This document shows, in pieces, positions 29,222 through 41,891 of a stretch of DNA of 64,000 nt. The notes beneath the pieces are model-generated. The model searched no databases and had not been told where the DNA came from. It was given only the letters and a program-made list of their open reading frames with translations. Positions within the stretch are counted from its first letter, which is position 1. Every line of letters begins with the position of its first letter. Made by a program: the position numbers and the translations under genes. The stretch comes from Salpingoeca rosetta (taxonomy: Eukaryota; Protista; Choanoflagellata): NCBI GenBank assembly GCA_033442325.1, contig JAWQFM010000009.1:730583-794582 (forward strand), read 5' to 3'.

Positions 29222-29447
29222 GCACGCACACACGCACAAACACACGCACAAACACACGCACGCACACACGCACACACGCACACACACACACACACCTGGA
29301 AGGAAGTGCGTGGAGTTGATGAGCGGTGGGGAGAGAATTGTGCTCTTGTCATTGAGAAGAGCAGCAGCAGCAGTCGCAAACTTCACACACGCAGCCCGTG
29401 TCCCCTCTGTCGCAGATGTGTGAATCATGTCGCAGGACATTCGGGTA

Positions 29448-29512
<65 letters not shown>

Positions 29513-30282
29513 ACGCACGGGTTAGCATGTGTCAAGCCCTGGGCGTGGGGTGGTACAACGGAACATGTTGTACGGTAAATCTGAAGAGAGTCAGTTCGTC
29601 CATTTAGACAGAACCAACCAGCACCAGTGTGCGGCGAACCCCACACAACACAGTCCGTGCCGTACACGTGAGCTCACGTGTGTTGTTCAGCGGCGTGTCC
29701 CACGGGCTCCGCGTCATCTGGAAGATGCCATCGAGATTCAACCACGATGTTGGTGCACTCCAAAACCCTGAACGCCACGTGTGTGCACATGTGTGTGTGT
29801 GTGTTTGTTCCGTGAGTGTGTTCGTGATTGTGTTTGTACACAGTGATCTACATGGCAGGATGTATGATCCCAGCGGCAACACCACCACCACCACCACCAT
29901 CAGCACCAGCAGCACCAGCCATTGTAGAAGTACAGCATCGAATGCAACGGCACCTGCGTGCTCTCACCGTTGTCCTGCTGTAAACTGCGTGCAAAGGGCC
30001 ACAGCTGCTCAGCATAGGGCCACGGGTACCTGGTGTGGTTGAGACATGGTGACATGTGTTTGGCAACGAAGTCGTGCTGTCCTTCGTGCGCGAGGCGCCC
30101 TGGTGGCAATGTTCTGGTACATGCGATGTGGCACTGCACATACAAACTAGCACGTACAGCAGCAAAGAGATGTGCGCACACATACGTGCATACGCGCACC
30201 TCTGCTGGAAGTTGAGGAGAAAGTGAACAGCGGCACCAGCGCCCAAACACACACCAGGGCCATGTATGTCGCGCTGGAAGGG

Positions 30283-30334
<52 letters not shown>

Positions 30335-31638
30335 GGTGGTGGTGGTGTTGGTGATGATGATGGCGAACGCAATCGCGGCAGGTTCTAACAGCATGTCTTC
30401 ACAACAACAAAGTGCGCGAAATTCCTCATCAGCACCACAACACACCTGCAGTGGTGGGCAGAGTGTGCCTGTTGTCGGATCCATGTTCTCTGTCAGCCAC
30501 ACGAACCACCTGGTGGAGTGATGCGGGTAGAATGAAAGCACATGGCCGTGTCCTGGCATGAGAACCAGTGCGCCTTCAACACAGACAACGGAAGCCATTT
30601 CCACCATCACACCACGCCACGCCACTACCACTACCACACACACCACCCCGCAACATGTCACCAACACCAAGCCGCTTGCGTCCTCGCACCAGTTGAGAAA
30701 GTCGAGAACGGGCTCAGATTTCGTTCCGCTTTCAAGCGCCAGGACTGCGGGAATGGCCACCATCTTGTGAGCACACGAGTGCACGCTGTCGCACCCCTGA
30801 GCCACACGTATATATGACCCACAGTGCCGGAGGAGTGTAGCGTTAAAACGGTGGGACGAGCTTCAGCATCAGCCCAAGAATCAAGCGCCGAGACAACTCC
30901 AGGCTCAAACAGTGGTGGGCGTGGCTGCAAGGCACTAAGTTTTGTAATTGTGAACGCACTGCTGAAGGAAAGGCATGCAGGAGCGCCTCATATGTTGGCA
31001 GCCACTCCTTGGTGTTGTTGGCAAACTCGTGGTACACCTGGTTCCTGTACCTGCATCGATGGCCATCGTCCCGAGAAGAGAAGGGAGTGTGCATGTATGT
31101 GTGTACGTGTGTGCACGTGTGTGTGCATGTGTGCATGCGTGTGAGTGTGTGCATGTATGTGAGAGAGCCAAACGTTGCTTGCGCGCAACCCCCCGGTTGT
31201 ACACGAGCGTGCACGGCAGCAACAACCGCAACGACAGCAACAACAACAGGCAAGCACCTGGGTGCGGCGCCGAGGAGGGCGAGGGCAGAGGCAGCGTAGC
31301 CCGTGGAGTGCCATGGCTGAAATCCCGTCGTGAACTCGCCCGGTGTCAGCTCGTAGAACCCAGTCGTGTTCTGGAAGCCTGACATAACATGACATGATGT
31401 GACGTGACGTGACATGTCATGACACACCACACGAGTGGAATGAGTGTCAGTAGATTCAAAACAACAGTGCAGTCGAGGTTCGAACGTGCACTGCACATCA
31501 AAGAGGTTGCGTGCATGAACACGCACGTTGGTCTTCTAACAAGCTGCAAACCGTGCAAACGACCGCGTTGTCACACACACACACGCACACACACACACAC
31601 ACGCACACGCACACACACACGCACACACACACACACAC

Positions 31639-31670
<32 letters not shown>

Positions 31671-32122
31671 GACGGATACTTTCAGACCTTGGATGGTGGT
31701 TGCCCAGTCTTCGATTTGTTGAGGTGTGCACTCAGAGAGCTGGCCCACAAACTGGAGTAAGTGCGCCACGTCAGCGCTGCCGTACAGCGTGGTGTGCTGG
31801 TCCTTTGTGTTGAACCCAAACTCACCGCGGCATGCTGCAACGTACAACAAAGTTAGCGATGAGCAGCACGTTTTCACATTGAAAGGGACGGAAAGAAGAA
31901 ACACAGGGACAGGTACTGCTGTAAGGAAACGCAAGGGCAAACCACAAGCACACACAACAAGATCACACAACACGCAAGCACACAAACAAACACAAACACG
32001 CAAGCACATGAACGAACACAAACAAACACAAGCACTACAACCACCAAAACCACACACAAATCAACGCACCACACGGGTCGCCGGTGCAATTGTGCGACGA
32101 TGTGGTGTGGGCTTTGAGCCAT
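28889..32122 (-). CDS. Divergent DET1 (de-etiolated 1)-like protein, CUL4-DDB1 associated, multi-exon
   Basis: Exon peptides are colinear with DET1 as recalled: [10 protein letters not shown] (~NVIHRLERR), [13 protein letters not shown] (~FIAFSSDQTSLEIY), [16 protein letters not shown] (~NIRGRLFERFF), VLSFYPHH...GTL...[20 protein letters not shown] (~SYSGSPYLDLSLF), [17 protein letters not shown] (~LVAFTFHPFEPFAISVQ). Exon boundaries are only partly resolved. Confidence 0.45.
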
Positions 32123-32332
32123 AGTGGCAGCGCAGTCGTTTCGAATGGCCTCACGTCCGCCACACACTCCTCATCACCACCACTCACCGGCACAACAGTG
32201 CCGCACAGGCAGGTGCCTGCCAGCACAACCACAACAACAACAAGCCGCGCCGTGGTGGTCATCATCGTCCAAGTCCTGCCGAAAGTTATTATAAGTTTTC
32301 AACAAATCATCCCAACTTCACACCCGAAGAAG

Positions 32333-33642
32333 ATGGTGGTTGAGGAGGATGATGGTGGCCGCGGGGTGAAGGGAGCACCGAGTGCACGTGGTGCATGTCG
32401 TGCTGGGCTGACGCCAGCTGAAGAAGCCATGGTTGCGTGGCTGGACCAGCTCTCCAAGCGCGTTGAGCAGCGCCAAGAGCTTTTACAACGCCTGGTGAGC
32501 TGTTTTGCGTGGGACACTTGGTTGGTTGCACTTTTTACGGTTCCTCGAGTGAGAGTGGCTGGGTTGGGTTGGCGCCAACTGCTGCATGCGTGAATCTGAC
32601 GTGTGCATGTGCGATGCTGGTGGCAGATGGCACCCAGCGACCGCTTGGATGACGAGGATAACAATGGCTCTGTAGATGCAAGTTCAGCGTTGGCCACGAG
32701 CTTGTTTTTGGAGCAGAACGACACGGGGGCCCATGCAGACGAGGAGGTGGCATCTAGCGCGCTGGCACTGCACGCTGACCAAGAGCAGTTGCCGGGCCGC
32801 CACGTCCTCAGCTTCAGGGCCGCTGCAACTGAGCTTGCAGATGTTGACGGCGAACCTGGTGAGACCGTAGGGGAGGAGGAGAACCCAAGTGCAACAGCTG
32901 CTGACGGTGTAGATACGGGGCAGAAGGTTGAGCAGCTCCTGCAGGACTTGATGTCATCTGGTGAAGAGGACAATGAAGATCTAGACGATGGCGACGAAGA
33001 TAAGCAGGGAGACAGGGACGATGACGTGGATGTCGCACATGCTGAAGGCGACGAGAATGAAGCAGAGGACCAACACAATCAACTCCAGGGCTATCGCGGA
33101 TCGCGCATGTTCATGAAGGCACGTTGGCGTGTGTGTGCGTGCATGTGTGTGCGTGTGTGCGTGTGTGCGTGCATGTGTGTGCGTGTGTGCGTGTGTGCGT
33201 GGGTAGGTGTGGGTCAGTATGAATGCGCAGGGTGGTGTTTGCATGCATGCACATGTGCCGCGCCCACATCACACCCACACCTCACAGCTCACACGCGTTG
33301 TCCAAACACATCTCCATTTCGTCAGGGGAAGACGGGCAACACACCGCAGAACGATTACAGCCAGCACTTTGTTGATACGAAACAGCGACCGCAGAACTTC
33401 ATCCGTGATGCAGGTGTGTGTGTATGTGTGTTCGGAAAGTGTAAGCAGCATCTGGATCCGTGTGATCAGCAACATGACGACCATCCCACTCAATGCGGTG
33501 TGTCACTTGTGTTTTCAGATCCACTCACGCGCTACCGTTGCTATCCACGACTGGACACCCTCAGCCGCCTCAAGGTGCACAGTGTGTGCGCTTGTGTGCG
33601 TGTGTGTTCGTGTGTGTGTGCGTGCGCGCGTGTGTGTGTTCA

Positions 33643-33675
<33 letters not shown>

Positions 33676-36232
33676 GTGTTCGTGTGTGTGCGTGCGCGCG
33701 TGTGTGTGTTCATGTGTGTGTGTGTGTGTGTTGCTTTGCACGTGTGCACTGGAACGCGGTTCACCAACACGCGTGTTCACTATCACTGCAATCGTCTCCA
33801 TCACCACTCGCCTGCTTGCTGCTGTCCCAAGGATGATCTGCTTCGCGCCCGCAGCACACCGCCAATGTGAGACATATGCATGCACCAACATGCGTGCATG
33901 CAAATATGTGCATGTATGTGTGCATGTGTTGAGCGCCTCTTTGTTCGCCGATGATGTGGTTCCTCTCCACGTCTGCCTCTGCAACAGACCTACTCACCAC
34001 CATCACCACCACGACCATCACCATCACGCCGCCATCACCACCACTGCCGCCATCCTGCGTGGCCAGGAGCATCCGTGCTGATCCGCTGTGTCTTGATGCG
34101 TCTTCTCTCGGCACGTCGTTTGGCGTCATCTACATCGACGCGGTGGGATGGTGTCAATCGTGTGGTGTGGTGCGGTGTGGTGCGGTGTGGGTTTGATTTT
34201 GTGAGCTCTTCTTACCGTACAACCCCCTCCCCCCCCCCCTTTGTGCGCATGACATGTGTTTATGTGTGCGTGTGAATGCGTGTCCATGCTTGCATCACAG
34301 CCACTACCGGAGTATGCGCGAAGGGCGCCCGGCCTCAAACTGGACACCGTGTCCTGGGAGGAGGTATTGGTGCCGCTGCTGATGCCGCTTTGCAATGTGC
34401 TGAACTGCGAATCTGCTGCTGCCGACGACACTGCAGCAATGGCCTTGGCCTCACAACCATACCCTGCTGTTCCAAACATGCATACACACTCACTCGCGCT
34501 CACACACACACACACGCACTCTCTCTCTATCACACACCCCCTCTCTCTGCTGCAACACATAATCATCTCATTCTCTCTTGCCCCGCCACACCTGCCGGGT
34601 ACACAGCTTGGACGGTTGGATGTGCGCGGGCTGGCGGGGGAGATTGCGTTTGTGTTCATGTGGGTTGGCTGCTCGGAGGGACTCGAGAAAGGCGCGCAGG
34701 TGAGCCCGCACACGCCTGATGCCGCCCTGTCAATACGCACGGCGGCACTGTGCACACCCTCTGTATGTGTGTGTGTGTGCATGGGTGTGTGTGTATGTGT
34801 GTGTGATCAACGTACGCAGTTTCGTTTGGCAGCGTGCCTTCATTATGCTTCATTTTCTAGAGCTTCTCCGCTCACAATGATACCGTCACCACCACCACCA
34901 CCACCACCACCACCACCACCACCACCACCATAATCATCACCGCTGGCGACGCGTGCAGCTGCTGCGGCGATGGGGGTTTCGTCGGTGTGAGGACATATGT
35001 TGGGTGAAGACGAACAAACAGCAGCCGAGGCGGCGTGGGATTATGGAGCCGCACAGCCTTCTCCAACACACAAAGGTACAGTCTTGCTGTGTTCGCGCGT
35101 GTGTGTGCATGTGTGTGTACATGTGTGTATGCGATTGCTTTGGGAGGGGGCAGTTGCTGTGTGTGGTGTTTCCGTTGCTCAAGTTGACTGTCGTCACACT
35201 CACACACACACGGAAAACACGCATACATAATACACACACGCATAATACACACACACTGTGTGTCAAAGGAGCACTGCCTGCTTGGCATCCGCGGAGCTCC
35301 AAACCGGAAGACAGAGCCGCACATCCTGCACTCCAACATGGACGTGGATGTCATTGTGTCTGAGGATCCGCCCATCGAATCAACAGAGAAGCCGTCGGAG
35401 GTGTGTGCGCATGTACGCGTGTGTGAGAATGTGAAGTATGTGTGCACATGCATATGCACGTAACATGCGTGGACTAGCGTGTGCATGTTTGTACGTAGTT
35501 ATGTGCAGGGGGGCTTGCACACGGTCACTAGCCAACTGCCCCTCCGTTGCCCCCGATACCACGCCAATCTTCTCTTTCTCCCACTGCACAGATCTTTGCT
35601 GTGATGGAGCGCATGTGTCAATCGAGGAAGCGGCTTCATCTCTTTGCATCGGGCACCGTCCGACCAGGTGATCCACGCTGTTTTGAGGCCGGTGGCGTTT
35701 GCGCGCGCGCGCGTGTGTGCGTGCGTGTGTGTGCATCTGTGTGTGTTCATGTGCATGTGTGTGCATCTGTGTGTACATCTATTTGTGTGTGCGTGTGTAT
35801 GTGTGTGTGTGTGTGTGCGCCAGCGTTGCCACCAACGCCTTTCCCATCTCGCGCTCCCCCCCCCCAACAACTCATGCCCCACCTCCAACCACCAGGGTGG
35901 GTCGGTGTTGGCAAGGACCTGCCCCAGACCGATTATGATGCAGAGGCATACCTGAAGTACATGGAAGGCACAATTCAGCCGACAATTCAAGGTGCTTGCA
36001 TTGCGTGTGTGTGTGCGTGCGTGCGTTTGAGGCTCCTGTGTTCTTTGCTCACGCGATGTTCTTCACACACGCACACACACACACATCTTCAGATCGGCCC
36101 GTTGCAGATAGCGGGCAGTCAAACGAATATGTGGGCACGTGGGAGAAGATTGAATGCCTGCGCCCAAAGGTACTGCAACCGCCTTGACGCTGCCGTTCAG
36201 CCCTGGATTGTCTGTTGTGCGCGCATCAAGTT

Positions 36233-36327
<95 letters not shown>

Positions 36328-36639
36328 AAACACGCTCTGTCACCGTTCCACGCTTCAACCTCCCCCCCCCTCATTGTTCCTCACCATCACACCTCTTCCA
36401 AACTACACGCCACATTGCAGTCGCCCCCTCGCCACATGTCCAAGAAAAACAAACGGGGCAGGGGCTTCAGCAGCAGCAGCAGCAGCACTCGTGGTCGTGG
36501 TCGTGGCCGTGGCCGTGGCCGTGGTCGAGGCATGAGTCGTGGTGGTCGTGGTGGTCGCGGTATGGGACCTGGAAGGCGTGGAGGCTTGCACGGCTCGCCG
36601 CATACTTTCACTCCACCAAAGTCGCAGTGGGAAGTTTGA
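32333..36639 (+). CDS. METTL14: METTL14, non-catalytic subunit of the mRNA m6A writer (MT-A70 family), with RGG tail
   Basis: YRGSRMFMK|[126 protein letters not shown]...RPGWVGVG, IECLRPKSPP, then an RG/RGG-rich C-terminus. Confidence 0.95.
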
Positions 36640-37357
36640 CCGGCAGGATCATCATAAACGCGCATCAAACCGACCACCATTGTGATGATTTATTTTCTGT
36701 CTGTTGCTGTTGCTGTTGCTTGCTGCAGTTGTTGTCAACGACACGAGCAAGCAAGCAAGCGGCCTGCTTGTACAAACGCGCGCGGGCGCGCACGCACACA
36801 GAGAGATAGAGCACACACACACACACACACAGCAGAGCACACACACACACACACACACACTAACTCACACACCACCACCAAAACGCCTCACAAGCAAGAA
36901 GCCACAACAACAACACGGATCCCAACCCTTCGGTGCACCGAATTGGTGGCGAAGTCGTCCGCCTCGACCAACGGCGGTCGTTTCAAACCACACAACACCC
37001 GTCGCGAGTCAGGTACGCAAAGTTGGTTGCGTCACCGCCAACCACAACAACAACCACACCAACCCAAACATGCCGCATTCCTTCTGTTGAATGACGTGAC
37101 GATGGCTGGGCTGGCCACCGGCTGTGTGTTGTTGAGTGCGTGTCAAGTGTGGTGAAGTGAGGGCCTGACACGCATTACATGAGCACACGTCCACTCACAT
37201 TCACTCACTTTCTTGACGCACACACACACACGCCACCAATCAACCAACCAACCAACCAACCGACTGATACCGCCACCTTACCGACCATCCACCTGGTCGA
37301 TCGGTGTTGTTGCTTGTTGTTGGTGCTGTTGGTGAGGGTAGCTACAGCAAGAGGACA

Positions 37358-38420
37358 ATGCTGTCACGCAAGGGGGGAAGGCCCGCCACGGTGCCAACGG
37401 CGCTTCTCGCCAACACCAAGGCTGCCAACCCTCCCTCCCTCACCCGACACCCAATGCAACACGCCGGTAAGCAAGCCACACACAATCACCACACAGACAC
37501 ACACCCCACACACGCACCACAACAACAACCACACCAGGGCGCTGCACACAGCTCCTCAAGCACCCAACAGCACACTGGTTGGGAAGCCTCCACTACAGCA
37601 TCGACGAAGCAATGCGAGGAAGGAATGCCCGCTGAGGACGAGGAGGGGGAACAGCAAGAGGAGGTAAAGGGGATGGAAGAGAAGTCACACAACACAACAC
37701 AACGGTCCCAGCTCCAACCACAAGAGCAGCAGCAACAGCAGCAACAGCAGCAGATAAAACTGCAGCACATGACAAGGTCGAAGCAAGCCATTACAATCAG
37801 CGACAAGTCCAGCAACACCAACGCTAGCACCGAGGCGACAGCACCACAGGTCCCTGTGCCAAACACAATGTACCAAATGGAACAACAGCAGAGCCAAGCC
37901 GTCGGCGTCAACGAGCAAGCCGCAAGCACGCGGCTTGTCCGTGATGACACCGCCAGCAACACCCAGGCCAACGATGATGATAACAGCACTCAGAGTGAAG
38001 ATGACGATGGCCCCGCCACACCGGCGACACCCACAAGCCCATCCTCCATCGGCAGCGAGCCGGACACCGAGAGCGAACAGTCAATCGAAGAACCGCAGCC
38101 ACCAAGCGGCCCGCATGCCCATCATCATCAGCAGCAACAAGAATGGCAACAACAACATCAACAACAGCCGCAGCCGCAGCAGCAGCCACATCATCAGCGC
38201 GGCCGCCGCCCATCCGAGAAGCGACGCGCCCCGCCAACAGCGGAGGAGCACTTGAGCCAGAGCCCGGCCATCCACGGCGTGCCGACGCTGGCCAAGATGT
38301 TCTTTGGCGATGACGCGCCAACATGGTCGCGGCGGCGCGCTGTCGACCGCCTCTCGTCCCATCTCGTCCAGGCCATCATCGAAGAGGAGGAGGAAGAAGA
38401 GGGAGAGGAAAGCGCCACTG

Positions 38421-38458
<38 letters not shown>

Positions 38459-41400
38459 GAGGACCGCATCCCTGAACACGAAGAAGAGCAAGACAGAGAC
38501 GTCGCCCGACAAGAACAGCACCAACAACCACCAGCGCAAGAGCATCAGGGTCAACAGCAACAGCCGGCAGAAGCAGAGCAAAGGCAGGTGGATGTAAGTG
38601 CTGGTCGCAGACACAACTGCGCAGATCCGTCACAGCTACCGCCACCATCGACATCAGCAACACCAGCAACAGGCACATCAGCACGGTCGCGCCCGCGTCG
38701 CTTCACAGCGCCAGGACCAGGCTGCACCAGCTCCCCCTTCCAACGACGCCTCCACAAGAAGCCGCGCCGCGCATCCCCACTTGCGCAGGAGATGGCTGCT
38801 TGCATGCATGCATCCACAGCGGAAACCACCACCCCATCAACGACAGCAACAGCCACCACACAGAATACGGCCGCTGACACGAGTGATGACGATGCTGCTG
38901 CCACGAATGCTCAAGCTGATGCTATCCGCGTGGTTGCAAGCAACAGCCGTCCACGCATGCTTCCGACTCCCCCACCGCCTGATGGTCACTCGCACATGCG
39001 TAATCTCCACGTCCACGCCAGGCCCGCGCACGACTTGACCCAAAACACCACGGATGCTGGTTCTAGCGACTACGACAGCAGCAAGCACCTGGAGCAACAA
39101 CGAAACCAGGGCGACGACAAGATGCAACTACAACAGTGTGACCACACTCTTGATGGTTGTGATGCCGTTGATCGTGATGACGCTGATGATCGTGATGATG
39201 ATGATGATGATGATGATGGTGATGGTGATGGTAATGGTGATGATGACACTACGGCAGCTAGTGACGATGATGACGATAATGGCAATGAGAGTACTGACGA
39301 TACCAGCGGCAGCATTAGCAATAACGCCAGCACCGATGCAGCAGACTCACCAACTTTTCACCACAGTCGCACCGCACACAACAGCACGCACAACAGCACG
39401 CACAACAACACGTACAACAACAACACACACAACACACCCACCACATCACCATCACTCCGTCGTCGTTCTTCTGCGTGTGTTTGCATGTGTTCCATGTCAT
39501 GCGCGTGTGCGGGCAGAAGGAGACAATCCTCCGTTGCTTCAATCATGCAAACCATGAGTCGTCATCTGTCTGTGCTTGACAAGGCATTAGCCTGCGAAAT
39601 CTATGGCGTGAGTGTGCTGTGTGGCAGGTGCAGTACCTGTATCATCCGCGCCATGCTCAACACGTGCGACACGTGGTTTGCGGGCCACATGTCCCCTGCG
39701 GAGCAGTGCAAGTTCCTGATTCGCCTTCTCAAGCGCGCCGCGCCATCCTTCCTCGAGTACGCCAGCGTCCTCATCTCGCCGCTCACCAACCGGGACGTCC
39801 TGTACACCGTTGGCAATCGCACCTCCGCCACCAACGATGCCCGCCAAGCCATGGCCATGGGGTACATGCGACGCCACAGCTCAGCCATGCGCCCGCTCTC
39901 CAGCCACAGCACGCACTCTCGCCGACGAAACACAGCCAGCGAGTGGTCGTCCATCTTTGGGGCGGCAACAGCGACGGCACCAACGACCACCGCCACCACT
40001 TCTACAGCGGGCGGTGGCATCAGTGAGAGGAGCATGGACGGGGCTGGTGGCGGCGGCCGAACGCGTCGCCGTACGTCACACATGCACAGCCGGCAGTCCC
40101 GTTCGCGCCCGCGCAACAGCAGCTCCTTTGCCTCGCATAACAACAACAACAGCAGCAGCAGCAGCAGCAACAACAACAACAACAACAACAGCAGCAGCAA
40201 CGACAGCAGCGCGCACGAGGGTGTTGGTCTTGGCCACTCACCTCACCACCACCACCACCATCACCACCGCCACTCCCATCGTTCAAGCACTGGCAGCCGG
40301 GGACGCAGAGGAACGGAGAGCAATTGGAGTGCCGACAGCAACAGCAGCACTGGTAGTGATGCATTTGGGCTGATGGCTGCTGGTGTTGGCCTGGCGCCCC
40401 TGGATATGTTTGATGAAGAGGAAGAGGATGTGCTCATGGAATCGCAAGACAGCATCAGCTTCAGCCACAGCACTGATCACAAGCACACCCAAGGCCACAC
40501 GCAGCAGCGCACCGACTGCCACGACATTGCAGATCGCAACGCCGCAGATGATTGGAGCAGCAACGACAGCAGCGGCAACAGCAACAACAGCAGCAGTGGT
40601 GGATATGCCAACGAACTCGACATGATGCACGGCCCTCAACATACAATTGCCATGCAATCTCAGGCGTCGTCATCACCATCACTTCACCTCACGCGGCGCA
40701 AGCAGCCATCGCCCATGCAACGGCGCTCCCTCAGCCACAACAGCGGGATCGGGCTCTACACCAACCACACGCCCGCTTTCCACGACAAGGTGGCAACAGC
40801 GGCAGCAATTGCATCAGCCGAAACGGTGGGGGCACCGACAGCAGAGGGTGCGGTGGCCGAGCGCCCGCGCAAATTGGCGCGTGAGGTGGATGATGCCAAG
40901 CTGTGGCACGTTCATCCGTCCTCACCATTGTCGTCACTGTCATCCTCCCTCCCATTGCCATCAACCCTCAGCGCTGACACGCGCCAACACCCCCACCACC
41001 ACCACCACCAACAACAGCAGCCGCGCCATGTTCACATCGCGCAGCAGCCCACTACGGACTCGATCAGCTCGCGTTCGTCGTTTCAACGTCACCTGCCCAC
41101 GCGCAGGCCCGCCACCGTTGCTGGGGATCGCGTGACGCAATCAGCAGCCTGCAGCCAACCATCCACGGGGAGTCGAGACCGTCTGCTCGCAGCAGCGCGT
41201 GGCGGTGATGGCGGGGAAGGCGAGGGTGAAGCGAGTGAGGCAAAGGTGCTGCTGGAGTGGTTTGAGACGGCAAGCGATTGGCACAGGCTGATCGTTCTTC
41301 GCCATCTGCTCGGGTTCTCTGATGTGCGCACCATCAAACCCGTCCTCGACTACATCTCCTCGAGCTCCGGGAAACACACGCGCTCAAGCACTGCCTCCAC

Positions 41401-41725
41401 ATCAGCAGTGGCAACAGCCACCGTGGGTGGTGGCCGAGGTGGTGGTGACGGCAGGGACGAGAGTGAGGCAGCCAGCAGCAGCGGCAGCAAGATCAGCGCT
41501 GCGGGAGGCATTGCCAGAAGCAAGAGCCGCACAAACGTGAGCATTGTTGGGGCGGGTGGCGAAAAGATGGACATTATCGCCAAGCTGCCGTCTCCGCTTG
41601 CAAAGTTCATTCTCAGCCAGCTCGACTTCAACACGCTGACGCGCGCGTCCCGCGTCTCCCCGACGTGGCGCGCTCTCTCCAAACAAGTCATGGCAGACCA
41701 GGTACGGGCGGGGTTTCCTCTCTCT

Positions 41726-41798
<73 letters not shown>

Positions 41799-41859
41799 TG
41801 TGTGTGTCTGTGTGTGTATGTGTGTGCTTTTGTTTGCTTTTGTATGTGTGTGCACGTGT

Positions 41860-41891
<32 letters not shown>

